From the NCBI RefSeq assembly GCF_037042905.1, contig NW_026974140.1, positions 1,118,001-1,182,000 of the forward strand: a DNA stretch of 64,000 bases. Reading direction: 5' to 3'. The stretch's first letter is position 1. Each line of letters begins with the position of its first letter. The position numbers and the translations under genes were made by a program. This DNA comes from Lytechinus pictus (taxonomy: Eukaryota). Of the stretch, positions 38,691-52,539 are shown in pieces. The notes beneath the pieces are model-generated. The model ran no database searches and was not told the DNA's origin. It worked only from the letters and a program-made list of their open reading frames with translations.

Positions 38691-40272
38691 GCGCCTAACA
38701 GCCGCCAACACTATTTATGTGCTCTCCCAATCTCTTATTATTTTGCCTGATTTACTTGGAGTTTACATCTAATGTTTATATCATCTTATTACTGTTATCA
38801 TCCTGAGTCCACTAGCAAAATTTGATGACATTTGGTTCTATATTATTGCTGATTTTGACTCAGAATTTTCTACAAGCATATATTTATTTTGGTCATCAGG
38901 GGCCATACTTGTACACTTGATTTCTACATGGACTTCAGGGTAATTGTCGATCACCCAAGCATGTGCATCACTGAATAGATACAATGGAGTCTCTGAGGTT
39001 TATCATCCTTCTTTCACTGACACTCCTTTTTTGGTCAAAACATTTAATGGACTAGAAGGCAAGACTAATCAACCCAAGGATTTTAAGTGTAAAGATGGTT
39101 AAAAAGGGAAGGCAGTCTCATACTACAGCAATGCTACAAGTACTTTTCATATTGAGCATGTTCAAGATGGAGACATTCATCCTAATCCAGGCCCGTGTGA
39201 AAGACCAAAATCCACGTCTCAACATTTGGAGTCAACAGCAGGGGAACATGCTTTGGAAATTCAGCAGAAGACACCAAAATACCATGGTCTGTATACTGCA
39301 AGTGAACTATACCGGATTCGATCTCACTGTGATTTTTCTGGTCGTGTTCGTGATGACGTCTGGGCTACGATTAAATCCCTTGGAATCAGTGCAAGACATC
39401 CAACTCATCGAGGGATTAAGGGTGGTAGACGTATTCAAAGACGTAAGAAAGATAGTGTTTGAACTTCCCCATCACCGGTGAGCCATGTATTGAAGAAACA
39501 GAAAGATAAAGATAAAGAATCACAAGGTAATGATGCACATTTTGCTTTGTGGAATGCCAGATCGATTAGGAACAAGACACATATGATATGTGATCTAGTT
39601 ATATCAGATCACATAGATATTTTTGCTATAACAGAGACCTGGCTCTGCGGAGATGAAAGGGATGACCATTCCTTAGCGGATTTGAGATCGTCGTTACCAT
39701 CTTATCAGTTTTTTCATTCTCCTAGAAGGGATAGACCAGGTGGTGGACTTGGGGTGTGTCTTCGGAAAAGTTTTCATGTCCATGAAAAGGATATTAATTC
39801 TTTGGAGTCCTTTGAATACATGAATATTTTGATCTCTACCAATCACCAGAAGCCTATTCGTATTGTAGTCATGTATCGTCCTCAACTTACAAGAGACCGT
39901 AAACCTACAGCTCCTATATTTTTCAAAGAGTTTTCTAACTTTCTTGAAAGTTTGATGGTTGACCCACACTACCTCTTAATTGCGGGTGATCTTAATTTCC
40001 ATTTAGATGACAAGACAAATCGTGATGCCATCACCTTCATTGATATCATGTCGTCTGTGAATCTAGTACAGCATGTTGAAGGGTCTACCCATCGGAGAGG
40101 ACATACTCTTGACATCATTGCTACACGTATGGAGGATTACATTGTATCTGGCATCACTTCCAGTCGTTATCTACCATCTGACCATGATGTAGTCAAATGC
40201 AATTTTAGCATCGGAAAACCTGCTTATGTGAAGACTGTTATCAAGTATAGGAAGGTGTCTGATATCAACATA

Positions 40273-41416
40273 AACTCCTCAAAAAAAGTTTGGAAATCTG
40301 ACTTTGATCGATAATCCCTCTTCGGTTTTAGTAAATATCAATGTGTAATTAATATTAATAAATAGAGTATTTAATTATCTTTAAGATGATACCCTACATG
40401 ATATGATTACGGTTCACATGGAGGTACAGTGCCTTGAAATGTGGGGCAAGGTCAAAATTCAAAAGCTGCAAAATGGCACAATATTGAAAGTCACTGTTCT
40501 TTTTCCGTGGTGATGAGTGAGTTTCTCAGCGGTTTTGTTTTTACTTTGACCGATAATTCCTCATCGGTTCTAGTAAATATCAATGTGTAATTAATACCAA
40601 TGAATAAATCATTTAATTTTCTTTAAAATGATACCCTATATGATATGATTATCATTCATATGGAGGTGCAGTGCCTTAAAATGTGGGGCAAGGTCAAAAT
40701 TCAAAAGTTGCAAAATGACGCAATATTGAAAGTCACTGTTCTTTTTTCCGTGGTGATGAGTGAGTTTTTAATTAATTTCTTTTAATTGTTTTCATGCACC
40801 TTAACATCAACATTAACATGTAATCAAACACACCTCTGCACAAGCAAAAACATAACAAACAAACATGCATGGGTATTTCAAACAACGACACAAACCATGT
40901 TATCTCACAGAACCATCACTAGAGAAGCAGGGGCTTGGTTTGAATGGATTTTCATCTCTACTGACACAGACAAAAGAACCATGTTTTGTATTGACCCTTC
41001 ATGACTATTTCTGCTCGTTTTGCAGCTTTTCGATTCAGACCTCATCCAACACTTTTGAATCCTGCTTTTTTCGTAATGACATGATCATAACAAGCATGGT
41101 ATCATCTTAAAGAGAATTAAATGATCTTTTGAATGATATAAGATATGCATTGTGCAATATTGGAAGTTGGGAGAAAGGAATGGTCAAACTCAGATTTCCA
41201 AACCCTTTTTGCTCGTTTTGCAGCTTTTCAATTCAGATCTCATCCAACACATTTGAATCCTGCTCTTTTTGTGATGACATGATCATAACAAGCATGATAT
41301 CATTTTAAAGAGAATTAAATTATCTTTTGATTGATGTAAAATATGCATTGTTTGAAATTTGAAATAAGGAGAAATTAATGGCCAAACACAGATTTCCAAA
41401 CTTTTTTTGAGAGGTT
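40273..41416. mobile_element. Non-autonomous Tc1/mariner-like element in the LINE
   Basis: TA TSD (40271-40272, 41417-41418) and TIR aac..ctcaaaaaaagtttggaaatctg. Internal repeats of 2 x about 243 bp and 2 x about 199 bp. Removal gives in-frame DINI-DKFRTD. Confidence 0.9.
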
Positions 41417-41528
41417 TAGATAAGTTTCGTACAGATATTCTTGAGTCAGACCTGTACAAATCTCCTTCAGATAAGGTTGATGAATTGGTCCTTCAGTATA
41501 GCACTATTCTGACAACTCTACTTAATTA

Positions 41529-44143
41529 CATAGGCGGATCCAGCTTTTGGCGAAAGGGGGGGGGGCGCACTGCCGAGCGGCGCACATATTTTTGCACTTC
41601 ACCGGCGCCATAAAAGAAAATGTTGAAAAAGGGGTAAAGTCTGACCCTGTCAAATACTCTTTTCAAAATGTAGGATTTCCAGTCATGCCATTTTGCATGA
41701 CCACACGCAGATAATATTTTCGGGGGGGCAAGACTCGAAAATTTGGTGCACATCTCACATTTGCACATTTTTCATAGTTTTCATGAAATGTTAAGGGAAA
41801 AAAATTGTTTTTCGCAACAGCAGATCGCGAATGTGCCCCCCCCCCCTTCCCCCTTGCTGCGTACGACCATGCCCTGAAGTCCACTTAAACATATCTCATT
41901 ATAACAGAAATATACATCAATTTAAACATATAATCTTTCTAAAACATAATTATAGAGAGAGATTGAAAAACTTATTAAAGAAAGAAACAAGCAAAAAGTA
42001 ACACAAATTATGCATGTTATGTGCGACTTCCAAATCTCGTGTATTAACCCTTTTATTGCGATGAGGCCAATACTTTTGTATATTAATAGAGATACAAGTT
42101 TTTTTTACTATATGTATATAAATATATACACAGGGGCGTCGATCCTTTTTTTAAGATTTTGGGGGGCAAAATCATGAATCAACTTTCCAAAGGCGCTCGA
42201 TATCACACAAAACAAACAAACTCACACAAACACACACACACATATGCATATATACATATTAATATGACTCATGAGATAGAAACACATATCTCACCAACAA
42301 ATTAATGCCAGCGCGAAGCGCGAGCTGAAATTGTTTATTATACTGACCTGAAAACAGGAAAAAGGTGCCTGTTTAGGACTGTTTGTAGTAACTCATGAGG
42401 AGGATACATATCTCACTACACAGATAATGCGAGTGCCGAGGGCGAGCTGAAATTACTTTATATTCTGACCAGAAAGCTTGATATTCTATGCATTTTTGGT
42501 ACCAATGATTAAGATGGGTATCTAAAAAACAATAGATGCGAGTGCGAAGCGCGAGCTTAAAATTTTGATATTTCGATCTGAAAAAAATGACAGTTTAATT
42601 GACGTTTGTAATAAAGAACAAGATTATATCCAGCAAAAGATTATTGTAAATCAAAGCGGGAGTTCTTTCGACGTTTAGTCCTGAAAAAGGGACATTCTAT
42701 TCACCTATTTAATCATGAAAAGTATGGGGTTTGTTACAGAAATGATGCGAGCGCGAAGCGCGAGCTGAAAATTTGTATATTCCAATCTGAGAAGCGGATA
42801 ATTTAAGCACGATTTTAAATAAAGAACGAGTTGTGTAGCTCAATCTCAATATACGACTGGTTGCGTAATTATACACTCCCGGTACTAGCAACGGGTTTTA
42901 GCAAAGTTTTGGGCTAAAATATCGAATCATCTTCATAAAACACTATACTAGCTGTCTTAAACTAAAGGCCATAGAGGTGGCACAATGTGGAATGTGTAAA
43001 GAAGAAAAGTGACTGACCTTCTTTTTATTAAAGCATTGGAAAATAAGATCAAAATTAAAGGATTTGCTCTACGCTTTTGTATGATTCTGGGATTTTTTTA
43101 ATAAATTAAAGATTTCATGACATCTGTCATTCTGTGGGCAACTGCCCCGCCCCAGTCCACTCTGTAAGGGCATGCGATAAGCTTTGTTATGACAATTCAA
43201 CAATAAAATGTATAACCAGGTGCCGCTGATCATTCTTGACCGGCGCAGATTTGGTTGGCAATAGGCCCTTCTTCATTATTCTACCGGCGCGCCTATTTAT
43301 TGGAACCAGGGGACGCTGATTATTCTTGTCCGGCGCCGGTTAAGACTCAGGCAGCGCCGATTTATAACCAGATGGCGCTGATTATTCTTGACCAGCCCCG
43401 ATTTAGATATAGGTGGCGCTGATTATCCTTGATCGGCGCCGGTTACGAACTCAGGCAGCGCCGATTTTTCTTTACCGGCGCCGATTTATAACCAGATGGC
43501 GCCGTTTATTCTTGCCCGGCGCCGATTTAGATTTAGGTGGAGCTGACTGATTATTCTTGATCGGCGCCGGTTAAGATACTGGCAGCGCCGATTTATAACC
43601 AGATGGCGCTGATTATTCTTGTCCGGCCCCGATTTAGATTTAGGTGGCGCTGATTATCCTTGATCGGCGCCGGTTAAGAACTCAGGCAGCGTCGATTTTT
43701 CTGTACCGGCGCCGATTTATAACCAGATGGCGCCGATTATTTTTATCTGGTGCCGATTTAGATTTAGGTGGCGCAGATTATCCTTGATCGGCGCCGGTTA
43801 AGACTCTGGCAGTGCCGATTTTTCTCGACTGGTGCCGATTTATAACCAATTGGCGCTGATTATTCTTGTCCGGCCCCGATTTAGATTAAGGTGGCGCTGA
43901 TTATTCTTGATTGGCGCCAGTTATATGCAGGCAGCGCACTGCTGATTATTTTTAACCGGCGAAGTTGTTGGGAAAAGGGTAATTGAAAGAAAAGATAAGG
44001 AAGATGATATGATTGTGCTTTGCTGGGGGATAGTCTTTCCTTACTGTTGCTAATATTATATCAGTGTATAATTTTTTTAAGCGGCGCCGCTCAAATATTA
44101 GGGGGTGCGCGCCCTCTGCGCCACCCCCCTGGATCCGCCACTG
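41529..44143. mobile_element. hAT-like non-autonomous element with apparent 6-bp TSD, containing further repeats
   Basis: TIR cataggcggatccag / ctggatccgccactg, with flanks taatta (41523-41528) / taataa (44144-44149). Removal gives in-frame TLLN-KHAPV. Confidence 0.85.
43215..43950 (+). repeat. GC-rich minisatellite of ggcgc(c/t)gatt units
   Basis: Recurrent ggcgccgatt / ggcgctgattattcttga units with higher-order periodicity. Confidence 0.85.
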
Positions 44144-47100
44144 TAATAAGCATGCTCCAGTAATCACAAGGACTATTCAATCTCGCCCTCATTCACCTTG
44201 GTTCACTGCTGAATTACAAGTGTTGAAAAGGGAACTCCGCCGATTAGAACGACGCTGGCGTACTTCCAGATTAGAAGTTGATCGACAAATCTTTAGCAAT
44301 GAATCAAGAAAATATGAAATAGCACTTGTTCAAGCAAAGAAAGAGTACTACTCCTTACAACTAAAGGACTGCAAGCCCAAAGGGTTTTTCCAGAAGGTCA
44401 ATCACTTGATACATGCTGAGACAACAAAGTGTCTTCCAGGTGATGATGATTCTGAAAACAGTTTGGCTGACCGATTCTGTGACTATTTTGCTGCCAAAAC
44501 TGAAAGTATTATCAAGATGCTCAATGATGTTCCCAGGGACGATCTAACACATATCACCTATCAGACGACTGATCAGAAGTTTAGTGAATTTAACTGTGTT
44601 CTACAGAGTCAAGTGACAAAGCTAATTACTGGATCACGTCCTACTACTTGCAGCTTGGATCCTTTACCCACATTTCTTGTTTAGACATGTGTAAATTAAT
44701 TATGTCCAGTTATCACTCGTATTGATTACATGTCTCTTCGTGATGGTTGCTTCCCAGATGTGCTAAAACATGCAAATAGTGTTCCAACATTTAAAGGAGG
44801 CAAGTTAGATACTGATGATCTACAGAATTTCAGGCCTGTTGCTCATATCCAGTTTCTTGGGAAAGTCATTGAACGGATGGTGACTGCAGTTCTTCGAGTA
44901 GTAAATGATATATTACTAGCTCTTGATACAGGGGATGAAGCGGTGTTGCTACTGTTAGATTATTCATCGGCGTTTGACACCATTCACCACGAGACTTTAT
45001 TCTCCCGTCTCCAGACACGCTACGAAATTTGTGAAGATGCTTTGAGGTGGTTTCAATCTTATTTCCAAAATAGAAGACATTCTGTTTTGATTGGAGAATC
45101 AAATTCACGTACCTGCTATACCAGTCATAGAGTACCACAAGGCTCAGTTGTCGGACCTTTGGCCTTTAGTTTATATGCTGCTCCTCTTCAGGATGTCACC
45201 ACTCACCATAAGATAAGCTGCATGATGTATGCTGATGATACGCAAATGTACATAATCCTAAAAAAAACAGTGAGCAGCAAGATGCCACTACAAGACTACA
45301 GAGGTGTGTCCGAGATGTGATTATTTGGTCAACTGATAATGGACTGAAACTTAATTGTAATAAAACTGCAGTGCTTCATCTCACTAGTATATTTAGAAAT
45401 AGTAGACAGATAGAAGGAATAGAACTTGATAATACCTATGTAAAATGTGTAGAAACTGCAAGAAATCTTGGTGTACAACTAAGTATGAAAGCTCAAATAA
45501 ACAATGTATGTTAAACTAGTTCATTTGCCTTGTATTACATTGGGAGAATTCGCAAGTTTCTAACAACAGAAGCCACAAAGAAATTGGTTCACGCTCTTGT
45601 AATATCACGCATTGACTTTTGTAATAGCCTTTTGTATCGCCTCCCTGATAATCAAGTTCATAAACTTCAAAGGATCCAAAATTCGGCAGCGAGACTCATA
45701 ACAAGAACGAGGCGCAGCGAACACATAACACCCATACTTCAAGAATTACACTGGCTTCCTGTAAAATCCCGTATTGAATACAAGATATTACTCCTAACAT
45801 ACCAATGCTTACAAGGTCAATCGCCATTCTATCTGAAAGAACTCATTGAACAGTATGTACCCCAAAGAAAATTAAGGTCAAACAACAAATCTCTCCTAGT
45901 AGTTCCCAAAATTAACACTCAATTCTACGGCGCTCGTTCATTCAAAATGTCCTCTGCTGAACTTTGGAATAAATTACCCGATATTGTTAAACAAGCTAAT
46001 AATGTAGAATCCTTTAAAGGTATAGTGTATGATTGGTTAATCTTAGACAAGGTCAGTGAATCAATTGTAAAGATATTATTTTCATTAAATATCTATATCA
46101 ATGCTCTACTTTATCACTCAAAAGAAATTGGTATAACTCTTCTGTTTTCATGATATTGAGGGGTGAAATATATATTATAATATGTCGGTTAACCTATATA
46201 TTTTGTTTCCGCCCTCTCGAGTTAACAAATAAATTGATATTAGAACACCGTTCGAATCATGCATATTCATTACAACCTCATGCATATCGATGAAATACGT
46301 CATGGCGCATGCGCGGTATCAAGAAATCCCCGTATCAACAAAGTGCAGCGCTGTGTGCAGAAGTAGCTGAGTCGAGTAGAAGCAAACACCGAACGTTGCG
46401 TGCAAGCTCAATGAGCCGATGCTAGCCGGCTAGCGATTGGTCCACGTCCTGGACGATTTTTATTGATTGGGCAAACCAGGGGCAAACCTTATCGGACTGT
46501 ACAGGTACCCCCGCGCGCACACATAACCAACACACACACGCCCTCCACTGATTCACTTACCCCCAGTGATTCACCTAACCCACTGATTCACTTTCCCCGA
46601 AAAAAAATGTTGTTTCGTGTGACTATTCAGGGGGTGTGTGTATGCGTGTTATGGGGATGTAGTGTGTTGTGTTTGGTAGTCGTATCGTACAAAATACCAA
46701 CAGTCCAGGAGGTGGACTAGCTATAGCGATATGCTTGCGCTCTGCATGCACGTTTACTTTAGACATACTCTACTATTAGCGATAGCACACACAGGACAAT
46801 TACAAGCATATTATATGGAGCTATAGCTCCATGATTGTATCGTACGTGAATAAGGATTCAGACACGTGGATTATCGGACGTGAATGACGAAGCAAAGGAT
46901 TGCCCAATACTGCTTACTTTCGGAATCTTATGTCATGAATCTGAAAGTACTCCAAGACTAAAAGAGATACGAGAATCCCAGAGAAGGGCAAGGGCTGAGT
47001 TTGATTAGACGGCCACCTCGCTCTTTGCGCTCGCATCAATATTGTTAGGTAGATGACAATCAGAGATATCTATGATGACAATCCTGTTCATGATTACCAA

Positions 47101-49608
47101 AAGTGCTTAGAATGTCAGAATTTTAGTTCAGAATATCAATCACTTTTTAAGCCCAAGTGATTGATATTCTGACCTAAAATTTTGACATTCTAAGCACATT
47201 TGGTAATCATGAACAGGATTGTCATCTAATTTTAACTAAACAATATTGAAGCGAGCGAGATGAAAAATTTTCATATGTATATATATGTATATAGACGGCC
47301 ACCCCCATTCTGTCTAGGGCCGAGTATGAAGAAAGGGAAGGGCGAAGAGAAAATCGATTATTTTCAGGGCGGGATGCAAAATAGTAAAACATAAAAGGAA
47401 GATAAAAGTTGATGGGACCATGGAGGACACACAGTATTGACATGAAAGTAGGATTATTCTTCGTTGTTTAGACTAAACTTGCGAGGTCAAAAGGTGAGCT
47501 GAGAAACCTGTTGATGCGAAGTATGTAGCGTAGTCTACATCGTGTAGACCGTGACAGTGTGTGTATGCGACCATGCATCAAGTTGCAAATTTAGAATAAA
47601 GTGTTATTTGGTCAATCTTCACAAGCAGAGCAGAGGCGTCATGAGCAAAAGCAAATAAAATTAGGGGGGGTAGACGTAAGGGGCAAGATTTCTCGGAAAA
47701 CTCTTATTCTTGCAGCCACACAAGAAAGCTTGTAGCTAGATATGGAGTAATGAGAAGTTGAGTATATTCAATATTGCGCGGCGCTGTGGTCTATGGTAGA
47801 ACCGCTCTAGGTATGCAGAGGGGTGAATTTCGGAGCCGACCCCGGGGGCCGACCGGCATGTTTTACAACAGAACTTTACAAGTCATGCCGTGTGAAACAG
47901 GGCAACGAAGTACGTGAAAGAAGACTAAGTAGACTTGGAGAAGCAACGTCCGAGGGGATAGTAATTTACGTCTGCTTTGAAACGTGTATCAATAAGGATT
48001 TCCAGAGAATGGGTCGCAGAGTATTTCTCCAGTATGGGGAGGGTGGGGGTATAGCCTATATGCCTAATCAAATCCATCAGTGGATGGATGGATGGATGAC
48101 TGAAAGAATGAATAGATGGATGAATAGGCATATATATGAATGGATCATCCGATGAATGTATAACTCCAAGAATGGATGGACAAAGACAAATGGATACCAA
48201 TGACGAATAATAGATAGGGGCGCCCCATGGGAGCTGTTGTTGAATGGGCTACCCCTTATTAAATAAACAATAAACAAATAAAAATAGATGGAAAGATGAA
48301 CTTTTATTGCAACAAATGAGAGGAAGATAGGCCTCCGGGATATAGGCCTACGCATACAGTGTGTGCACGAGCAGTTCAACTGTTGAAAAAAATGTGAATG
48401 ACTGTGGTGCGTGGCGACGTGAGCAGGACACAAAGACATCACTCACATCTTGATTGGCATAACGTAGACTTATTTAGCAATGAAAGTGGAACCGGGAATT
48501 GGGACTCCCATTTTCCTGCTATAAATATAGGAAAAACGAATGATAACTGTTGTTTTATATAGCCGAGGAAATGTATTCTTCATTGGGATTGGGACCAAGG
48601 AGATCTCGGCGTGTCAACATTTCACAACTCATGGGGAAAATAATATAATAATCATTTTTGATGATTGAAAAAAAAATGTGCTCAGTTCACACTGTCACGA
48701 TTTTTTTTGGGTGGGGTTACCTGCTGAAAAAAAATTGACAAAGCAAAAGAAAAACATAAAGGTTCTAACACGAAATGTTGGTCATTCCATACATTTCTCA
48801 AATTTGACACCTATCAGAATTCCAGGGGGTGCTGCCCATGGAAAATAATACATGCCGCATCCCCAGCTCACCCCCCCCCCCCGCTTCCAAGAGGCATATA
48901 ATCGCGGAATAATTAATCGTATCAGAAAGTATCAGATCAGTCAAGGCGATCGTATTGATCGTAGAAAGTGTTGGAATATGGTTCAACTATTTTGGAGATC
49001 AGTTAATTATGAAAGGCCAATCGTGCATGGTGTTCGTGACGGATTGCACTATTGTATGAATAAGAATATTTTGGGGCGGGAAGGTCGCCTACTTCCAAGC
49101 GGTGATGACTTTCGGGGAAAAAAAGAAATTTGTGTTTGAAATTTTTGGGCAAGCCCATTCTGGCGAGGTTCAATGGGTATACGCCTATTCTGATGTACTT
49201 AATTTATGGTGATGTGACGCAAATATGTTGCCGATAAAAATATGATATTTTGCCTTTATGGGTGTTTTACAACTCACAGGGGGGGGTCAAGGAGAATACA
49301 GTAATAGCTCTGAATACTGACTGAGAGACACTCCGATCTGCAAACGTGAAGGCAAAGCTGTCATGGGGCAAGCAAACAAGTAATACTTTCTTGAATAGGC
49401 ATACCATAATAAAGTTTGTGAGAATAATATTGAAATAAAGAGAAAAATAACATTGAGAATGCGAACATAAGGAATACACACAACCTAAGGTTAGGAATTG
49501 TATAAACAGCGAAAAATACAGAAAGATGTTATGAACATGCTTCCACTATTCATGAATGTATAATGCAATGATAAAGGGAAAATGTTTTAAGTTGAATTTA
49601 ATTTTAAC

Positions 49609-49812
49609 CAGTGGCGTAAATAATTAACATAACAAAAATGAAGGGGCCAGATATACATATAGGGCACAAATCTTGATTTTTTTTTTGTAATCTATGATAG
49701 ATTTTGACATGATATTCAGATAATAGTTTCCCTTCTCTCTTTCCTTTTTTTTTCTTGGCCGTGACAAATTTGGGAATCCATACAGCCCCAAGCCTTATTT
49801 TGAACGCCACTG
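49609..49812. mobile_element. hAT-like MITE
   Basis: TIR cagtggcgt / acgccactg. 8-bp flanks attttaac / atttaaac (one mismatch). Confidence 0.7.
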
Positions 49813-50272
49813 ATTTAAACTGAATATCATCAGAAAAATATTTACAAGGTAGTCAAGTGGCAGCCGACGCAGCGTGTAAAAACAGTATGAATTTCATTGC
49901 ATGATAATAATAAAATGATAAATAATGTCATGTGTGGTCAGTGGAAACGAGGATAGGACGTTTTGTAATTCGCTATGCAGTAAAATAATGAGAATGACTG
50001 AAACGATATATATTAAAAATATAGATTTCATGAGAGAGAAACGATTCAAACAATAACAGAGTATAATATTATGTTGCGTTCAAATTCCCTTTTGATCGTT
50101 CTTTTGATTCCCTTTCAACAATCTATCTCTCTCTTCCTTTCTTCTCTCTCCTCCTTCCCTTTATTGGGGCGGCCGAGCTAGGATGGAGGGGGGTATCGGA
50201 TATAAGGAAGCAGTTTAGGTGTTATGGCACATGACAAGTTCAATTCAGTGGCCTAGTACTAGTAGGTCCATT

Positions 50273-50590
50273 GGTAAATTGCCAATTCGTCAACTGCCAA
50301 CTCGTCCATTCATCACATGGTCTACTTTCATTTAGTCCATGCAATGCCAATCCGTCCATCAACATTTCATCGAACAACCATTTGGTCCAGTTAGTCCAGT
50401 ATCCAATTCATTTTGCACAATAACACGTTCAATAACCAAATTGTATATGGACTAAATGACTATTGGATCAGATGGTTATTAGACGGAATGCATGCATGTG
50501 GATAGTGAACGAACTGATGGTAGACCAAATAATGATAGTAGACGAGTTGGCATTTGGACGAGTTGGCATCAGACGAAATGGAAGTAAACC
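50273..50590. mobile_element. Foldback MITE
   Basis: ggtaaattgccaattcgtc...tgccaactcgtcca is inverted to tggacgagttggca...gacgaaatggaagtaaacc. Confidence 0.7.
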
Positions 50591-51029
50591 GATCCGATCC
50601 ATGGACTAGCGCCTAGTATCACGCCGGTATAGATAAGGAGGTAGTGTTGGAAACGATGCCCACGGACATGCGCGTATCCAGGATCCATGATTGAGCCCGA
50701 CTATTTTGGCGCCCCTGTGAACTTTTCGGAAAATGGCACCCCGACCCGCGCGCGCGCCCAGCACGGCAATCATAGGTGCCTTAAATGCAGTTTGAATGAT
50801 CGTATTTCATAATCACGGGAAAAAGGCATCGAAGACCACTTTTCAATGTGTTCATGAAAAAAAAAACATCCATGAATATGTTGTAACCACCTTTTGAAAA
50901 AAATAAATGCGACCAGAAAGCACAGAATTTTAAGCATTTTGGGGTTTCAATTTAGTTCAACTTCTCATCAGAGTGGTAGACCATACTAAAATTATGTGCG
51001 GGAGCTGTAATTTCTTAACCGGGGGCGGA

Positions 51030-52530
51030 TCCTGAGTTTTAATGCAACCGTGAACATGATGGGTATATGTATTATCTAAACAATATTGATGCGAGCGAAA
51101 AGAGCAATATGAAAATTTTTCATATTCTTACCTAGAATTTGGAAAAATCTATGAGCACTTTTGGTAATCAAGAACAGGGTGGGTATCTATCAACATTTTA
51201 TGCGATTGCGAAGTGGAAGCTGGCAATTTTTTAATTTCCAACCCAACACTGGACATTATAAGCACTTTTCACATGTGTTTTATAATCATGAACAGGATGG
51301 GTATCTAACTAAATAATTAATGCGAGCGCGAAGCGCGAGTTGAAAATTTTTGATTTTCTGACATAAAATTTGGACATTCTAAGCACTATTGGGTAATCAT
51401 GAACATGATGGGTATCTAACAAATCATTTAATACGAGCGCGAGGCGCGAGCTTAATTTTTTGATATTCCAAGACAAAACTGGACATTCTAAGCATGTTTT
51501 GTAATCATGGAAAGGATGGGTATCTATTTAAACAATTGTTTGTGCGAGCGCGAGGCGCGAGCTTAAAAGTGATTGATATTCTGAACTAAAATTTTGACAT
51601 TGACTAAGCACTTTTGGTAATCATGAACAGGATTGTCATCTAACTAAACAATATTGATGCGAGCGCAAAGAGCGAGATGAAAATTTTTCATATTCTTACC
51701 TAAAATTTGGAAAAATCTATGAGCACTTTTGGTAATCAAGAACAGGGTGGGTATCTGTCAACATTTTATGCGATCGCGAAGTGCGAGCTGACAATTTTTG
51801 AATTTCCAACCCAACACTGGACATGATAAGCACTTTTTATAAGCATGAACAGAATAGGTATCTAGCTAAATAATTAATGCGAGCGCGAAGCGCGCCTTGA
51901 AAATTTTTGATATTCTGATCTAAAATTTGGACATTCTAAGCATTATTGGGTAATCATGAAAAGGATGGGTATCTAACAAATCATTTAATGCGAGCGAGAG
52001 GCGTGAGCGTAAAATTTTTAGTATTCCGACCCAAAACTGGAAATTCTAAGCATATTTTATAGCCATGGAAAGGATGGGTATCTAATTAAACAATTGTGCG
52101 AGCGCGGAGCGCGAGCTTAAAAAGTTATTGATATTCTGACCTAAAATTTTGACATTGACTAAGCACTTTTGGTAATCATGAACAGGATTGTCATCTAACT
52201 AAACAATATTGATGCGAGCGCAAAGAGCGAGATGAAATTTTTTCATATTCTTACCTAATATTTGGACATTCGAGTAAGCATTTTCGATTATCATGAACAA
52301 GATGAGCACTAACAAAACAGTTTATGCGAGCGTGAAGCGCGAGCTGATTTTTTTTTATATATTTCGATCCAAAGTTGGACATTCTAAGCACTTATCTAAC
52401 CATGAACAGGATCGTCACTTTACTAAACAATTAATGCTAGTGCGTAGAGTAGGATGATTTTTTTTTTGTATTCTGATCTAAAATTATAGGCACTTTTGGT
52501 AATCATGAACAGGATGAGTATTTGATGCGA
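51030..52530 (+). repeat. About 110-bp satellite (gcgagcgcgaagcgcgagc core) with a 5-mer higher-order repeat
   Basis: The variant acaatattgatgcgagcg recurs at about 51080, 51648 and 52203. The same family occurs at 42310-42800 and 54250-54650. Confidence 0.9.
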
Positions 52531-52539
52531 GCAAACATG

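Noticed and set aside
39095..39481. 128-aa ORF as LINE ORF1
   Set aside because: It is an alternative frame overlapping the frame that carries the 2A-like motif and the THRGIKGG segment leading into the endonuclease.
47823..48442. Overlapping 90-120-aa ORFs
   Set aside because: Largely the (ggat)n microsatellite. No protein motifs.
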